Assembly: GCA_951406725.2 (NCBI GenBank) | Contig: OX597817.1 | Location: 96,534,001 to 96,598,000, forward strand | Direction of reading: 5' to 3' | DNA length: 64,000 bases | DNA from: Octopus vulgaris | Taxonomy: Eukaryota | In this document: positions 38,080 to 49,907 of the stretch, one piece after another | Position numbering within the stretch: position 1 is the first letter of the stretch | How the letters are laid out: each line of letters starts with the position of its first letter | The notes under the pieces: model-generated | Seen by the model: only the letters and a program-made list of their open reading frames with translations | What the model was told of the DNA's origin: nothing | The model's database searches: none | Translations under genes and position numbers: made by a program

Positions 38080-39560
38080 AGTAGCCATCCATGATTCTTC
38101 CATAAGTAAGATTAACAATTCAAGCAAAAGATCTTGTTTTATGCAGTCTTTGTACATACTACATCAAGAACTGATTACAAAAATATCATAACTGGTGATT
38201 TCAAAGGCCATGTCAGGAAACACCAGAATAGGTGCACAGAAGCTATGAGTATTGTACAGGAAATAAAGCATCTAAGTTTATGGAATTCTGTAATACAAAT
38301 AAACTATAATTGCAACACAAAATTCAGAATGCCAACCATGCATTCACCTATCAATCAGGTAGGTATGAGAGACAAATTAATCCTGTTCTTAGCAAGGAAC
38401 AAGATATGAAGATGGTTGTAATCATGAATGTGCTCCTGGGAGTGAAGAACGAAACAACTGTCAAGCTCAAGAAAAGTAAGGAAGCTAAAAGATCCCATAA
38501 TAAGCAAAAATTCTACCTTGTAGTAACATCTATTTAGACAGAGAGCAGGAGATGCATAGCTTGTCAGTTCTAAAAGACAAATGATTTGGGAGATTATGCA
38601 CAGCCCCCTTCCTGATCAAAGGAAGGGTGCTATTTTTGTAGGTCAAGAAAAGCAAGGAGCAATGTCAAAAGGTCTAGTATGTATTTATTTAGCTCGGAAA
38701 CAAACTGAACAATGATGATGAGAAGTACGAAGTATTCAAATTGCAAAGTAATGTTCTCAAACAAACAAAAGACAATAAAAAAAAATTCAGGATTACATAA
38801 TTTTCTTTAGGGCTTTTATAGTCGAATGACTGGATTCTCTTTGCAGAGCTTCAGCAAACATTGCAAAAATTGCTGAAAAAAACATGGTCAAAAATTCAAA
38901 GATCAATATATCAAAAATGAAAATGCTAGTAACAGAGAGCACAAAATCTCTATCTTGAAAGTTTGTAGAAAGAAAATGTGTGGGAACTTGAATTATATAA
39001 TTAGTGCAAACCATGGCAATATAAAAGAAGTAAAGAAACAGAAAGATTAACAGAGAAGTACATCAAATACACAAGATGTACAAGAATAGTTTACAGATAA
39101 GGTACCTATGAAGAACATAGACAGCTGACTAGTTATAGCAGTATTATCTATAAAATCTAATTAGTATGAAAATAATTGGAATGAGGTTGCAGTTGCTAAA
39201 GCAAATAATGGATAGAAATTCAGAAGCTGTTGTTTGTATTAACAACAAAAAAGTCTTTTTTCTTTCATATAAGACTATGGAGTATTTTCAAAAACATGAT
39301 ACTTAGTGAGATTTGAATGAACAAGATATTTGTGACTGGAAAAAGATGAATTATATGCAAGTCATTAGCTTAAAATGGAAAATATAAATGAGAACAGAAA
39401 TATCAATTGTGGACCACAAATTTATGAAGGAGGGATGATAGCATTAGCTGGATGGTAAAGTAGAGTGTGATGTCAGGTGGAATCTGTTCATAGACAAGGA
39501 AGATAAAAAAAAGACATTCAGAGTTATATATGAATAGAGAGAAGACTGACAAAAGAATTT
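38080..39560 (+). mobile_element. Old RTE LINE relic
   Basis: GDFKGHV, CNTKF, FTYQSG and a decayed post-RT region; many stops and indels. Confidence 0.6.
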
Positions 39561-40022
39561 ATATGTTGTATTGGAGGATCATCCAACCTGTGCCGGAATG
39601 GGCAAATGAACATTCAAATAATAATGATGGTCAAAACAACTGGCAAAATACACCTTATATATATATGTGTGTGTATGTATACATGCAGATACTTATTCAT
39701 ATAGATGTATATTCCTTGTCTTCTAGAATTTAATAGCTTTCAACCAGTGATAAATATGTCTCAGATATATCAATCAAATGGGGTATAAGTATATAAAATT
39801 AGTGTTGAATCAAAAATATTTTGAAAAAAGTAAAAATAAGGATTTTACAAAACAATTTTAGCCCTTTTATTCTATTTTCATATTTCGGATCACGGCAAAT
39901 ATTGAATTAAGGGAATTCAGTAAAAAGAGTGTCTAAAAATGTCTCATATATATATATATCTGTCTTCTTTCATATTTGCATTGTTTGTAAGGAATAACAG
40001 TGGATTCTTAAGCAATAAACAC

Positions 40023-40100
40023 CTGTCCTGCATATGTGTCAGACATTTCCCAAACAAGAGACTTCACAATCTTTGCAATCCTTGTAACATTTTTGTTGTC
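40023..40100 (-). CDS. 78-bp phase-0 internal exon paralogous to 31468-31545 (DNKNVTRIAKIVKSLVWEMSDTYAGQ)
   Basis: Minus strand TTTTTCTCTTTTCACAG acceptor, CAG|GTGTTT donor; 18/26 aa identical to the plus-strand exon. Confidence 0.85.
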
Positions 40101-40196
40101 CTGTGAAAAGAGAAAAAATATAAAATCAATTTTTACATAGACAGACACATATATGCAAATATATATATATGCAAATACATACATACACACACACAC

Positions 40197-40613
40197 AGGC
40201 AAGTGAGGATCAGAATCGAAATCGATCAATGGAAATTGCAGATGTGTTACCAGTGCCGGTACCATCCGTTCGCAACCGTTGCCAGCGCCGCCCCGACTGG
40301 CCTCGTGCCGGTGGCATGTAAAAAGCACCATCCGTTCGTGTCCGTTGCCAGCCTCGCCTGGCCCCCGTGCTGGTGGCACGTAAAAAGCACCATCCATTCG
40401 TGGCCGTTTGCCAGCTCTGTCTGGCACCTGTGCGGGTGGCACGTAAAAAGCACCCTCTACACTCACGGAGTGGTTGGCGTTAGGAAGGGCATCCAGCCGT
40501 AGAAACACTGCCAGATCTGACTGGGCCTGATGAAGCCTTCTGGCTTCACAGACCCCAGTTGAACCGTCCAACCCATGCTAGCATGGAAAACGGACGCTAA
40601 ACGATGATGATGA
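40197..40613 (+). mobile_element. RTE 3' UTR-only insertion with array (3 full units plus 1 partial)
   Basis: Matches 7697-8141; (GAT)n tail. Confidence 0.9.
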
Positions 40614-40659
40614 TACACATACATATATACATACATATACACACATGCACATATTCTTT

Positions 40660-41000
40660 CACTAGTTTCAATCATTTGATTGTAGCCATGCTGAATTACC
40701 TTGAAGAATTTTAATCAAATGATTCAACCCAACACTTTTTTTTAGTCTGGTACTCATTCTATTGATCTCTTAGGCCAAACAACTAAGTTACAGGAACATA
40801 AACACACCAACACCAGTTGTCAAGTAGTGGTGAGGGACAAGCACACACACAGTGGGCTTCTTTTAGTTTTTGTCTACCAAATCCACTCACAAGGCTTTGG
40901 TTGGCCCAAAGCTATAGCAGAAGACAGTTGCCCAAGGTGCCACATTGTGGGATGTACCCAAAACCATGTCATTAGGAAGCAAACTTCTTACCACACAGCC
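40660..41000 (-). mobile_element. SINE, same family as 8793-9195
   Basis: Shared blocks CCAAATCCACTCACAAGGCTTTGG, TGCCCAAGGTGCCAC, TTACCACACAGCC. Confidence 0.8.
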
Positions 41001-41006
41001 ATAAAA

Positions 41007-41190
41007 TCATCATTATCATTGTTTAATATCCGTTTTCCATGCTGGCATAGGTTGGATGGTCTGACTGAGGTCTGGAAAGCCAATGGCTGCACCAGGCTCT
41101 AATTTGATCTGGCAATGTTTCTACAGCTGGATGCCCTTCCTAATTCCAACCACTCTGAGAGTGTAGTGGGTGCGTTTTACATTCCACCAA
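41007..41190 (-). mobile_element. RTE extreme 3' fragment
   Basis: TTTCTACAGCTGGATGCCCTTCCTAA..CCAACCACTC block and degenerate (CAT)n. Confidence 0.82.
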
Positions 41191-41549
41191 TTTTATATAT
41201 ATATTATACATATATATTAGGGGTACCCTTTGTTTGGGGTACTGCAAAGTAATGTCATATTTCGTGTAATAAGTTCAAATCAACATAAAATGTAAGTATA
41301 TTAATTCATTAATCACCATCATAAGCAATAAAATTTTACCCCCTTGAAACCAGTTTTTTCATTACTCACATAAAAAAAAATCAGGTTCTTTAGAACAGAA
41401 AACTGCTGGAAATATCATTTCAACATTGTACAAACTTCTGAATATTTTAAGACAGCTAAAGTGTTCAAGTGATCTAAGTAAAGAACAGGTAAGTAGGGAT
41501 GGTAAGGTAGTACTTCTCAGCCTAATAAATTTCTTTTCTTATATTATCT

Positions 41550-42130
41550 TCACATTACCATGTTGCAGAATGACTTCCTTTCTATTGACTAGAGCTGGTT
41601 GTTTTTTGAGCAAAACTTAATTGACATATTCAACTTGTTGACAATAAAATTCTACAGTGTTCTAATAATTCAATGTGAGCAATACTTATCATATTCCACC
41701 AGACATACAGGTGTAGATATGGTTTAGATGATGGAAATGAATTTTTATTCATGTTAGCAGTTACTTCTTATGTTAATTGTTGGCATAAACTATCCATTTC
41801 TCGTAACCTGTTAAAATTCAGTTAAGAAAATGAGTTAACTCATTTTGATATGCAAATTGTTAAATACACTGCTTTATTCTTGAGGGGCATCCCATGTCGT
41901 ACCCGCTTCCCTTCTTTATGCATTTTCCCAAACTGCTTCAGATGTTTTTTCACAGTGGATCAAGGTTCATTAAGCACCCAATATAAATACCCATTCTTTG
42001 ATATGGAGCCACTTCAATTGCATCATTATTGAGAACAGTTGGTCTTCCTGATTGATACATATCCAAAGGATTAAAATCACTACTTTTGAATTTGTTAAAC
42101 CACCTTCGGCATTTCCAAACACTCACGCCA
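41550..42130 (-). mobile_element. Mariner transposase relic
   Basis: Minus frames: STVKKHLKQFGKMHKEGKRVRH, EKWIVYAN, QPALVNRKEVILQHGN. Confidence 0.7.
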
Positions 42131-42216
42131 TCAGGATATACAGTACAGATGTTTTCCTTTGCACATATTTATTTGTATATTCATATATACATGTGTATGT
42201 GTGTAAGTATGTGTGT

Positions 42217-43762
42217 GTTTCAGGTGTGGAAGCAAGGATTAGAATCGAAGGGCCTTAGAATCAACCTAGCCAAAACCAAAGTCCTAATAAGTAGGAAGGT
42301 AGACCAATTACAAACGCCTTCAGGTAGATGGCCCTGCTCGATCTGTAAAAAAGGTGTAGGTAGAAACTCTATAAGGTGCACCAAGTGTAAGCCATGGACA
42401 CATAAGAGGTGCAGCAATGTCAAAGGAAGGCTAACTAGAAAAATAGTTTTTGTCTGTGGCAGATGCTCAGGAGCAATAAACACTGAAAATGTGCAGAGAC
42501 CAACTTCTACCACGTTCCAGGGAGAAAAACTAGAAGTAGTTGATAGCTTCCACTACCTAGGTGACCAAGTCAGTAGCGGAGGTGGGTGTGCTGAAAGTGT
42601 ATCTGTTAGAGTAAGAATAGCCTGGGCAAAGTTTAGAGAGCTCTTACTCCTGCTGGTGATAAAATGCCTCTCGCTCAGAGTAAGAGGCAGACTGTATGAT
42701 GCATGTGTACATACAGCCATACTACATGGTAGTGAAACATGGAGTGTGACTGCTGAGGATATGCGTAAGCTCGCAAGAAATGAAGCCAGTATGCTCCGAT
42801 GGATGTGTAATGTCAGTGTTCATAATCGACAGAGTGTAAGTACCTTGAGAGAAAAGTTGGACCTAAGAAGCATCAGTTGTGGTGTGTAAGAGAGACGTTT
42901 GCGCTGGTATGGTCATGTGACGAGAATGGCTGAAGATAGTTGTGTGCAAAAGTGCCACACCCTAGCAGTTGAGGGAACCTGTGGAAGAGGTAGACCCAGG
43001 AAAACCTGGGACGAGGCAGTGAAGTACAACCTTCGAACTTTAGGTCTCACCAAGGAAATGACTAGAGACCGAGATCTATGGTAGTATGCTGTGCGTGAGA
43101 AGACCCGGCAAGACTAGTGAGACCATAACCCGTGGCCTCTACCTGGTATGTAGCCAGTCAACTTATACATACCTTTCCTTCTTGGGACACAAAACTCCAC
43201 TTGTGAAGACCCATTGAGGCAAGTGAAAATCAAACCAAATCAAATCAGATATCAGAAAGCAGAATCAAAATCGAAGTCGATCAACATCAATGGAAATTGC
43301 GACTGTGATACCAGTACCAGTAACAAGTAACGAACCATCCGATCATGGCCGTTGCCAGTGCTGCCCCGACTGGCCTCCGTGCTGGTGACATGTAAAAAGC
43401 ACCATCCGTTCGTGGCCGTTGCCAGCCTCGCCTGGCCCCCGTGCCAGTGGTACGTAAAAAGCACCATCCGTTCATGGCCGTTGGCAGTCTCGCCTGGCCC
43501 CCGTGCTGGTGGCACGTAAAAAGCACCATCCGTCCGTGGCCGTTTGCCAGCTCCGTCTGGCACCTGTGCAGGTGGCACGTAAAAAGCACCCACTACACTC
43601 ACGGAGTGGTTGGCGTTAGGAAGGGCATCCAGCTGTAGAAACACTGCCAGATCAGACTGGGCCTGATGCAGCCTTCTGGCTTCACAGACACCAGTTGAAC
43701 CGTCCAACCCATGCTAGCATGGAAAGCGGACGCTAAACGATGATGATGATGATGATGATGAT
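42217..43762 (+). mobile_element. 5'-truncated RTE LINE with PHD-like insert and array (4 units plus 1 partial)
   Basis: Closely similar to 6700-8141; array at ~43330-43592; (GAT)n tail. Confidence 0.93.
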
Positions 43763-43784
43763 ATATATATATATATATATATAT

Positions 43785-43919
43785 ATCATCATTTAGCGTC
43801 CGCTTTCCATGCTAGCATGGGTTGGACGATTCAACTGGGGTCTGTGAAGCTGGAAGGCTTCGTCAGGCCCAGTCAGATCTGGCAGTGTTTCTACGGCTGG
43901 ATGCCCTTCCTAACGCCAA
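43785..43919 (-). mobile_element. RTE extreme 3' fragment, inverted against the preceding copy
   Basis: Reverse-complement match to 43610-43745. Confidence 0.9.
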
Positions 43920-43929
43920 TATATATATA

Positions 43930-46625
43930 TATAGTGAGAATTTACAAAAAAACAAAAGATGAAGACAGGTGTGTAAACAACAAACAGATATATTAGTTTA
44001 ACACTCAGGAAGTGAGAAAGACTTTTACGTTTCGAGCTTACACTCTTCGACAGAAAGGAACACGAAAATAAACAGGGAGAGAAAATAGAAAAAAGCTTAG
44101 TGGCTAGCGATCTATCATGGTGAATCAGAGGGGTCACACAGGAGAGCTAGGAAGGGGAGATAATAAAGTAGTGGAGATCCCAAAACGAAGGTGCACCGCA
44201 AGTGCATGTGGAAGGGGGCTGGTGACATCGATGAGTGCATGTGTAGGTGTGTGGATGATGGTGTAGGTGCTGGGAAGTGGTCAGTGCTAGTGTGTGCGGG
44301 ATGGTATGGTGTGGTGTGTGGAGGAAGCAAGGGTGGGGTCTAGGGGTGGGATGGGATGTATAGGGATGGTGGGATTGGAATGTGTAGGGGTGGGGTAACG
44401 AGGGAGGGAGTGATGATGAAGGGAGAAGGTGGGTGGGAGTGAAGAGAGGAAGTAGGTGCCAGAGCAAGAGAGGAGAGGTGGGTGGGAGGAAGTAGGTGTG
44501 AGAGGAAGACAGGAGGAGGGTTAGATGAAGAAGGGAGGAGAGTTGAGCTCATGTGGCACGAAGAGAGAAGATTAATCCCTGCCCACAGTGAAGACAGGAG
44601 TCTGGATGACCCCTGTGCAAGGACAATCCGAACACAGACAGGTGTTGTAAAGAGTAACCAGTAGAGCATGAGACCACATTGTGATTGCCGAGTTGGATGT
44701 CTCGGAGGTGTTCCACGAACTGGTCACTCAAGCAGCGTCCTGTTTGACCAATGTATACAAAAGGACAGAGACAGCAGGAGATGCAGTACATGACGTTGCT
44801 AGAAGTGCAGGTGAAGGAGTCAGTGATATGATAGGGTCGATGATGGGTGCCTGTGAGGAGAGTAGTATTGGAGAGGTAAGGGCAAGTGTGGAAGTGTGGG
44901 CAGGAGCAGAGAAATGAGCTGGGTTGGGAGGTTGAGTTAGGGAAGAAGCTATGAGCCAAGAGGTCTCATAGGTTATGGGCTCATTTGAAGGAGGGGAGGT
45001 GTCAGTTGGGGAAGATGTGTGAAGTGGGGGGGTTGGACTGGAGTCGCTGGAAGGCTCAGAGAATGGTGCACTGGAGAGGTTGGCTGGTGGGATGGTAGGT
45101 GCGGGGAAATGGGAGACGGGTGACGGCAGGTGCATGGAGAGAGCAGATGCACAGTCCATGGAACATGCACTGGCAAGGGTGGTGTGGATAGTGGTGAGGG
45201 AATATCCATGTAGGATGAAGTGGCAAGCCATGAGTTGAGACCAAGTCTCAAAGTCATGATTGTCACTGCAGAGCCTGCGTAGATGGAGAGCTTGGTGTGT
45301 TTAAAGTGGGAGGAGAAGTTGAGGTATGAGTGTTAGTCTGTGTGTTTGTAGTGGCTAGAGGTGGTGAGAGTGGAGTGATGAACGCTGACTGAAATGTCGA
45401 GAAAGGCGACTGAGGTATCAGAAATAGTGCAGGAGAAGTAGAGAGCAGGATGGAAAGATTTAACAAAAGAGAGGAAAGAGTCTAGAAGTTCGCGGGAGAG
45501 TGAGGTCACACCGATACAGTCGTCAATATAATGACCGTATAGTTCAGGAGTGGAACCAGTGAAACTTGAGAATATTTGGGCCTCAATGTAGCCAATGAAC
45601 AGGTTTGCATAGTTGGGGCCCATTCTCATTCCCATAGCCACTCCCAAGATCTGCTGGTAAAAATCCCCCGCGAATGAGAAGTTAATTGAGAAGACAAGTT
45701 CGGCAAGATGAAGGAGAGTGGATGTGTCAGGTTGGGGGTTGGATCGAAGGTCAAGGAAATGTTGAAGTGCATGCAGGCTCTCGTGGTGAGGGATCACTGT
45801 GTATAGACTCTTGATGTCAAGAGTGAAGAGAAGTTTAGAGGAGCCAGGAGGGAAGGAAAACGAGTCGAACAAATGAAGAGCATGGATGTGAGAGGGGAGG
45901 GAAGTCACTAGGGGGCAAGTACATGGTCAAGATATCTGGTGATGGGGGGGGGGGCAGTCGCAGGCAGAGACGATGGAGCAGCCAGGGTTGTTGAGTTTGT
46001 GGATTTTGGGGAGGAAGTAAATAGTGGGTGTGCAAAGGGTGCGGAGAATGAGGCTGGAGGTGGTGGTGGGAGATGGGAGGAGGAGATGAGGTCATGGATA
46101 GTGGAGGACACAGTCTGTTGGGCGTGGGGTTGGAGGGCAGAGGACAGTAGAAGGAGACGTCTTGAAGTTGGCAGAGAGCGTCCACCTTGTAGAGGTTCGA
46201 GGACTACACCACCCTTGTTGGCCAGTTTTATAATGATGTCTGTGCGGCATTGAAGACATCAAAGATCCAAGAGCTCAGCTGGGGAGATGTTCAGATGTCG
46301 GGGATGCTCGGAAAAGTCAAACTGGTCTACAGCACACTGGGAGGCGCCCACAAAAAGATCAACTGCTGGGAACTGGCCAGGAGCTAGCATCCACTGGGAT
46401 GGTCGGCGGCCCAAGTCAGTGAAACAGTCCTCCTCATTAGATGCAGGTGGAGTGTAATGGAAAAGCACACACAACCTAACACAGTGCACAAAGCTGTGGA
46501 TATCGGCACGAGTCCGAAATTCGTTGCTGGATGGAGTGAGGGGGATGAAGCGCAGACCCCTACTGAGAAGGGAGTGCTCTGTCTCAGAGAGGGGAAGATC
46601 TGGAGGAATGGTAACTTGAAGTTAA
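43930..46625 (-). mobile_element. Penelope-like element, C-rich coding strand (RT plus GIY-YIG), decayed
   Basis: LFTLDIKSLYTVIPH, GVAMGMRMGPNYANLF, YIDDC, FLDISV; NVMYCISCCLCPFVYIGQTGR. Confidence 0.9.
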
Positions 46626-46935
46626 ATTTTAAAATATGAATAGTGATTATGTTTTTGTTAAATCATTTGGTAATTAGATATTGACTATAACTGAGATTAG
46701 GTTATTTGTGAGTTTATTAGGTTTTTACAGCCATTTTATATCTTAATAGATAAATACATTTTCTATCTATTTTTACCTTAAAAATTAATATTTAACATTA
46801 TAATTGGATTGTATGACATTATCCTAATTGTTAAAGTTTCTAATTTGATAATAGAGTTTTTTATAAGAAAAATTATTATTTTATTTCTTAAAAAATATTG
46901 TTTAAATATATTTGCTTATTTATTTAACTATTATC

Positions 46936-47036
46936 TTTAACCTGAAGATTGACTATGATTATAATTCGAATTTTTAATTGAATTTAAATCATTGTAATTC
47001 GAATTGGGTTATGGCCATGAAACGTACGTAGTGGTT
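46936..47036 (+). ncRNA. Hammerhead-like motif with long helix II
   Basis: CTGAAGA (46942), long imperfect hairpin, GAAAC-gtac-GTA with palindrome ACGTACGT; helix I weak; second copy at 61108-61210. Confidence 0.6.
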
Positions 47037-47513
47037 TTACTTATTATATTATATTAAACTTTCTAATACCTTTTTGATAGTTATTTTTAAAATAAATAAA
47101 TAAATAAATAAATATAAGTATTAAAAAATTAAAAGTTTAAAAATTTATAAATTTTAAATTTTAAAAATATATTTAAAAAATTTATAAATAAAATTAAAAA
47201 TTTTTAATTTAAATAATTTAATTTTAAATTTTATATTTTATATATTTTGTATATTATATTAATTATATTCATTTTTATGTTTTGGTTTATGTTTTTCACT
47301 GTTTGATTTGCCTAATAGTGGTTTTATCTCTAATTTAATTTAAATTTATACTGTGAAATTTGATTTAATCCTAAATCTAATTTTTCCCTGTAAGTTTGGA
47401 TTTACTCCCTAATAATATTATTATTATTATAATTATTATTATTATTATTATTATTATAATTAATATATTGATAAATTACGTTTATTGAGTATAATATCTC
47501 AATTTCGTAAGTT

Positions 47514-49121
47514 ATGGAACTTACAGGTAAGATAGAACCACTATTTTGGAAATCATATTTGAAGGATATTCCAATACCCTCTAGGAAAGAATATATTTTG
47601 AAACTTATTAATAATATTAAGGATTTTGTTTCTAGGGTTAAATGGAAAGCCTACTATTATAACTATAATATATCTAATTTTAATGATATTATGAATGATA
47701 ATGATTTTACATCAAATTTTAAATCTAAAAAAGAACCCCCATATAATAGAGATTTACAGATCTTAGAAGATAATATTTGGAAGGTGGTGAAAAACATTAA
47801 ATTTCATAAATACCCAAACAGACATAATGAATATTTAAGAAATTTAGCAATTAGAATTAAAGAAATGAGAAATATGGATGGTATTATTGTACAATCTGAT
47901 AAAACTAGGAATCTCTATAAATTATATGATAAACTTTTAGAGAAAGAGATAATTAAAAAATATAAAATTGTTCCAGATAGTACACTTTATACTATAAATA
48001 AGGCCTCTAAATTAGGCATGATGAACTATGAGTTGGATAATAAAACTGAACCTATGCACCCTAGAATTACTTTGAAAGACCATAAAGATAATTTTTATTC
48101 AGACCCTAAAGTTAGATTAATTTGTCCATGTAATTCAGACCTTGGTAAATTGAGTAAATTCATTTTAGATAAATATATTAATAAATTAAATAAATTTAAC
48201 TACCTAAAATTATGGTTTAGTAATAATAATACTTTAAATTGGTTTAATTATATTAAAGAAAAAAATCAAATAGATATCGATAATTACTATTCTTCTATTA
48301 ATGAAATTGTGTTTAATAAAGCCCTTAATATACACAATGAATAAGGTGGGAATGACTTTTGAAAAGGTTAATGTAATTAAAATGGCTAGGAAATCGTTTA
48401 TTAGATACAATAATAAATTATGGGTTAGGAAGGATACTAGGGACTTTTTTATATACCTATGGGGCACCCGATTCTGCACAAGCTATAGATTTGGTAGGTA
48501 TTTATCTATTATCTGAACTTCAATTAGAAAATTTAAAACTAGAGGGTGGTTTATATAGGAATGACCTTTTATTAATTACTAAGAATTGCACTAATAGGAA
48601 TCTAGAATTATATAAGAAAAAACTTTATAGTTTCTTTAAAAGATATGGTTTAAGTATTACTATATATAATGAGAATTATAATGTTAATTATTTAGATGTT
48701 AATTTTAATCTAATAATGGGTAAAACATAACCATATCATAAATTTAATGAAAACCTTAAATATATAAATGTTAATAGTAATCATCCACCATCAATTAAAA
48801 ATCGTTGATTAATAATATAAGTAAACATATATCATTACTTTCTTATGATTTAGAGATTTTTAATAAACATGCACCTTATTACAATGAGGCCCTACGAGAG
48901 GCAGGTTATAATAATAATATTAAATTTTTTAATAAAAATAAAGATAAAAATATTAATAATTATAATAATTATGTTAGTCATATTAGTAGTAATTGTAATT
49001 ATAAAAATAAAAATAAAAATAATATTAAGAATATGACAAATTTTAATATTAATTCAATAAATGTTAATTATAATCATAATTTTAATTTTGATAATATTAT
49101 AAAGAAATATAATAATTGTAT

Positions 49122-49194
<73 letters not shown>

Positions 49195-49907
49195 AAGAAG
49201 AAGAAGAAGAAGAAGAAGAAGAAAATTTGGTTAATTGTTCCTTATGGTGCTCAAGTTAAAACTAACATTATTAAAGAGATTTTAGATATTATTGAACAAT
49301 TCATTCATGATAATCGTAAATATAAAAAAATTTTCTCTAGTAATAACTTTGGAGTAGGTTATTCTACCACTAATAGTGTAGGTAACATTATTTCTTCTTT
49401 TAACAAATAAATTTTATAAATCATACCAATAATAATAAAGATAAGACACTCATTAATTGTACATGTAGAGATAAAACTAAGTGTAAATTTAATAATAAAT
49501 GTGATTTAAACGATGTTGTTTATAAATGTATAGTTACAATAATTAATGAGAATAATAGGAATAGTAATAACTTAAACGCCATTTATATAGGGTCCACTTC
49601 CTCTAAAATAAAGTTAAGAATCGCACAGCATATGCATTCATTTAAAAATAAAAACCTAATTAACTCTACAGGGCTTAGCAAATACATTTGGGGGCTTAAA
49701 ACCCAAAGTATTAAGTATGATTTAAGGTGGGAAATAATAAGTAAGGCCAAATCATATAGTATAGGAGGCAATTATTGTTATTTATGTTCTAATGAGTTTA
49801 AAGAAATTTTATTTTATGATCATAATTTAGTGAATACTTTGGATGAGGGTAAAATTAAATGCAGACACAGGTTACTTTACTTATATAATAAATTTCTAGA
49901 TAAATAA
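47514..49907 (+). pseudogene. Penelope RT-GIY-YIG polyprotein, frameshifted
   Basis: SDKTRN, ITLKDHK, VRLICP, DIDNYY, GLYRND(L), YLDV, SNHPP, IYIGST, YSIGGNYCYLC. Confidence 0.88.

Noticed and set aside
38793-38875. Candidate last exons for the inverted exon pair (minus QFLQCLLKLCKENPVIRL*; plus candidates near 32360 and 37100)
   Set aside because: AG plus a short open frame is common in AT-rich DNA, and the candidates show no convincing mutual homology.
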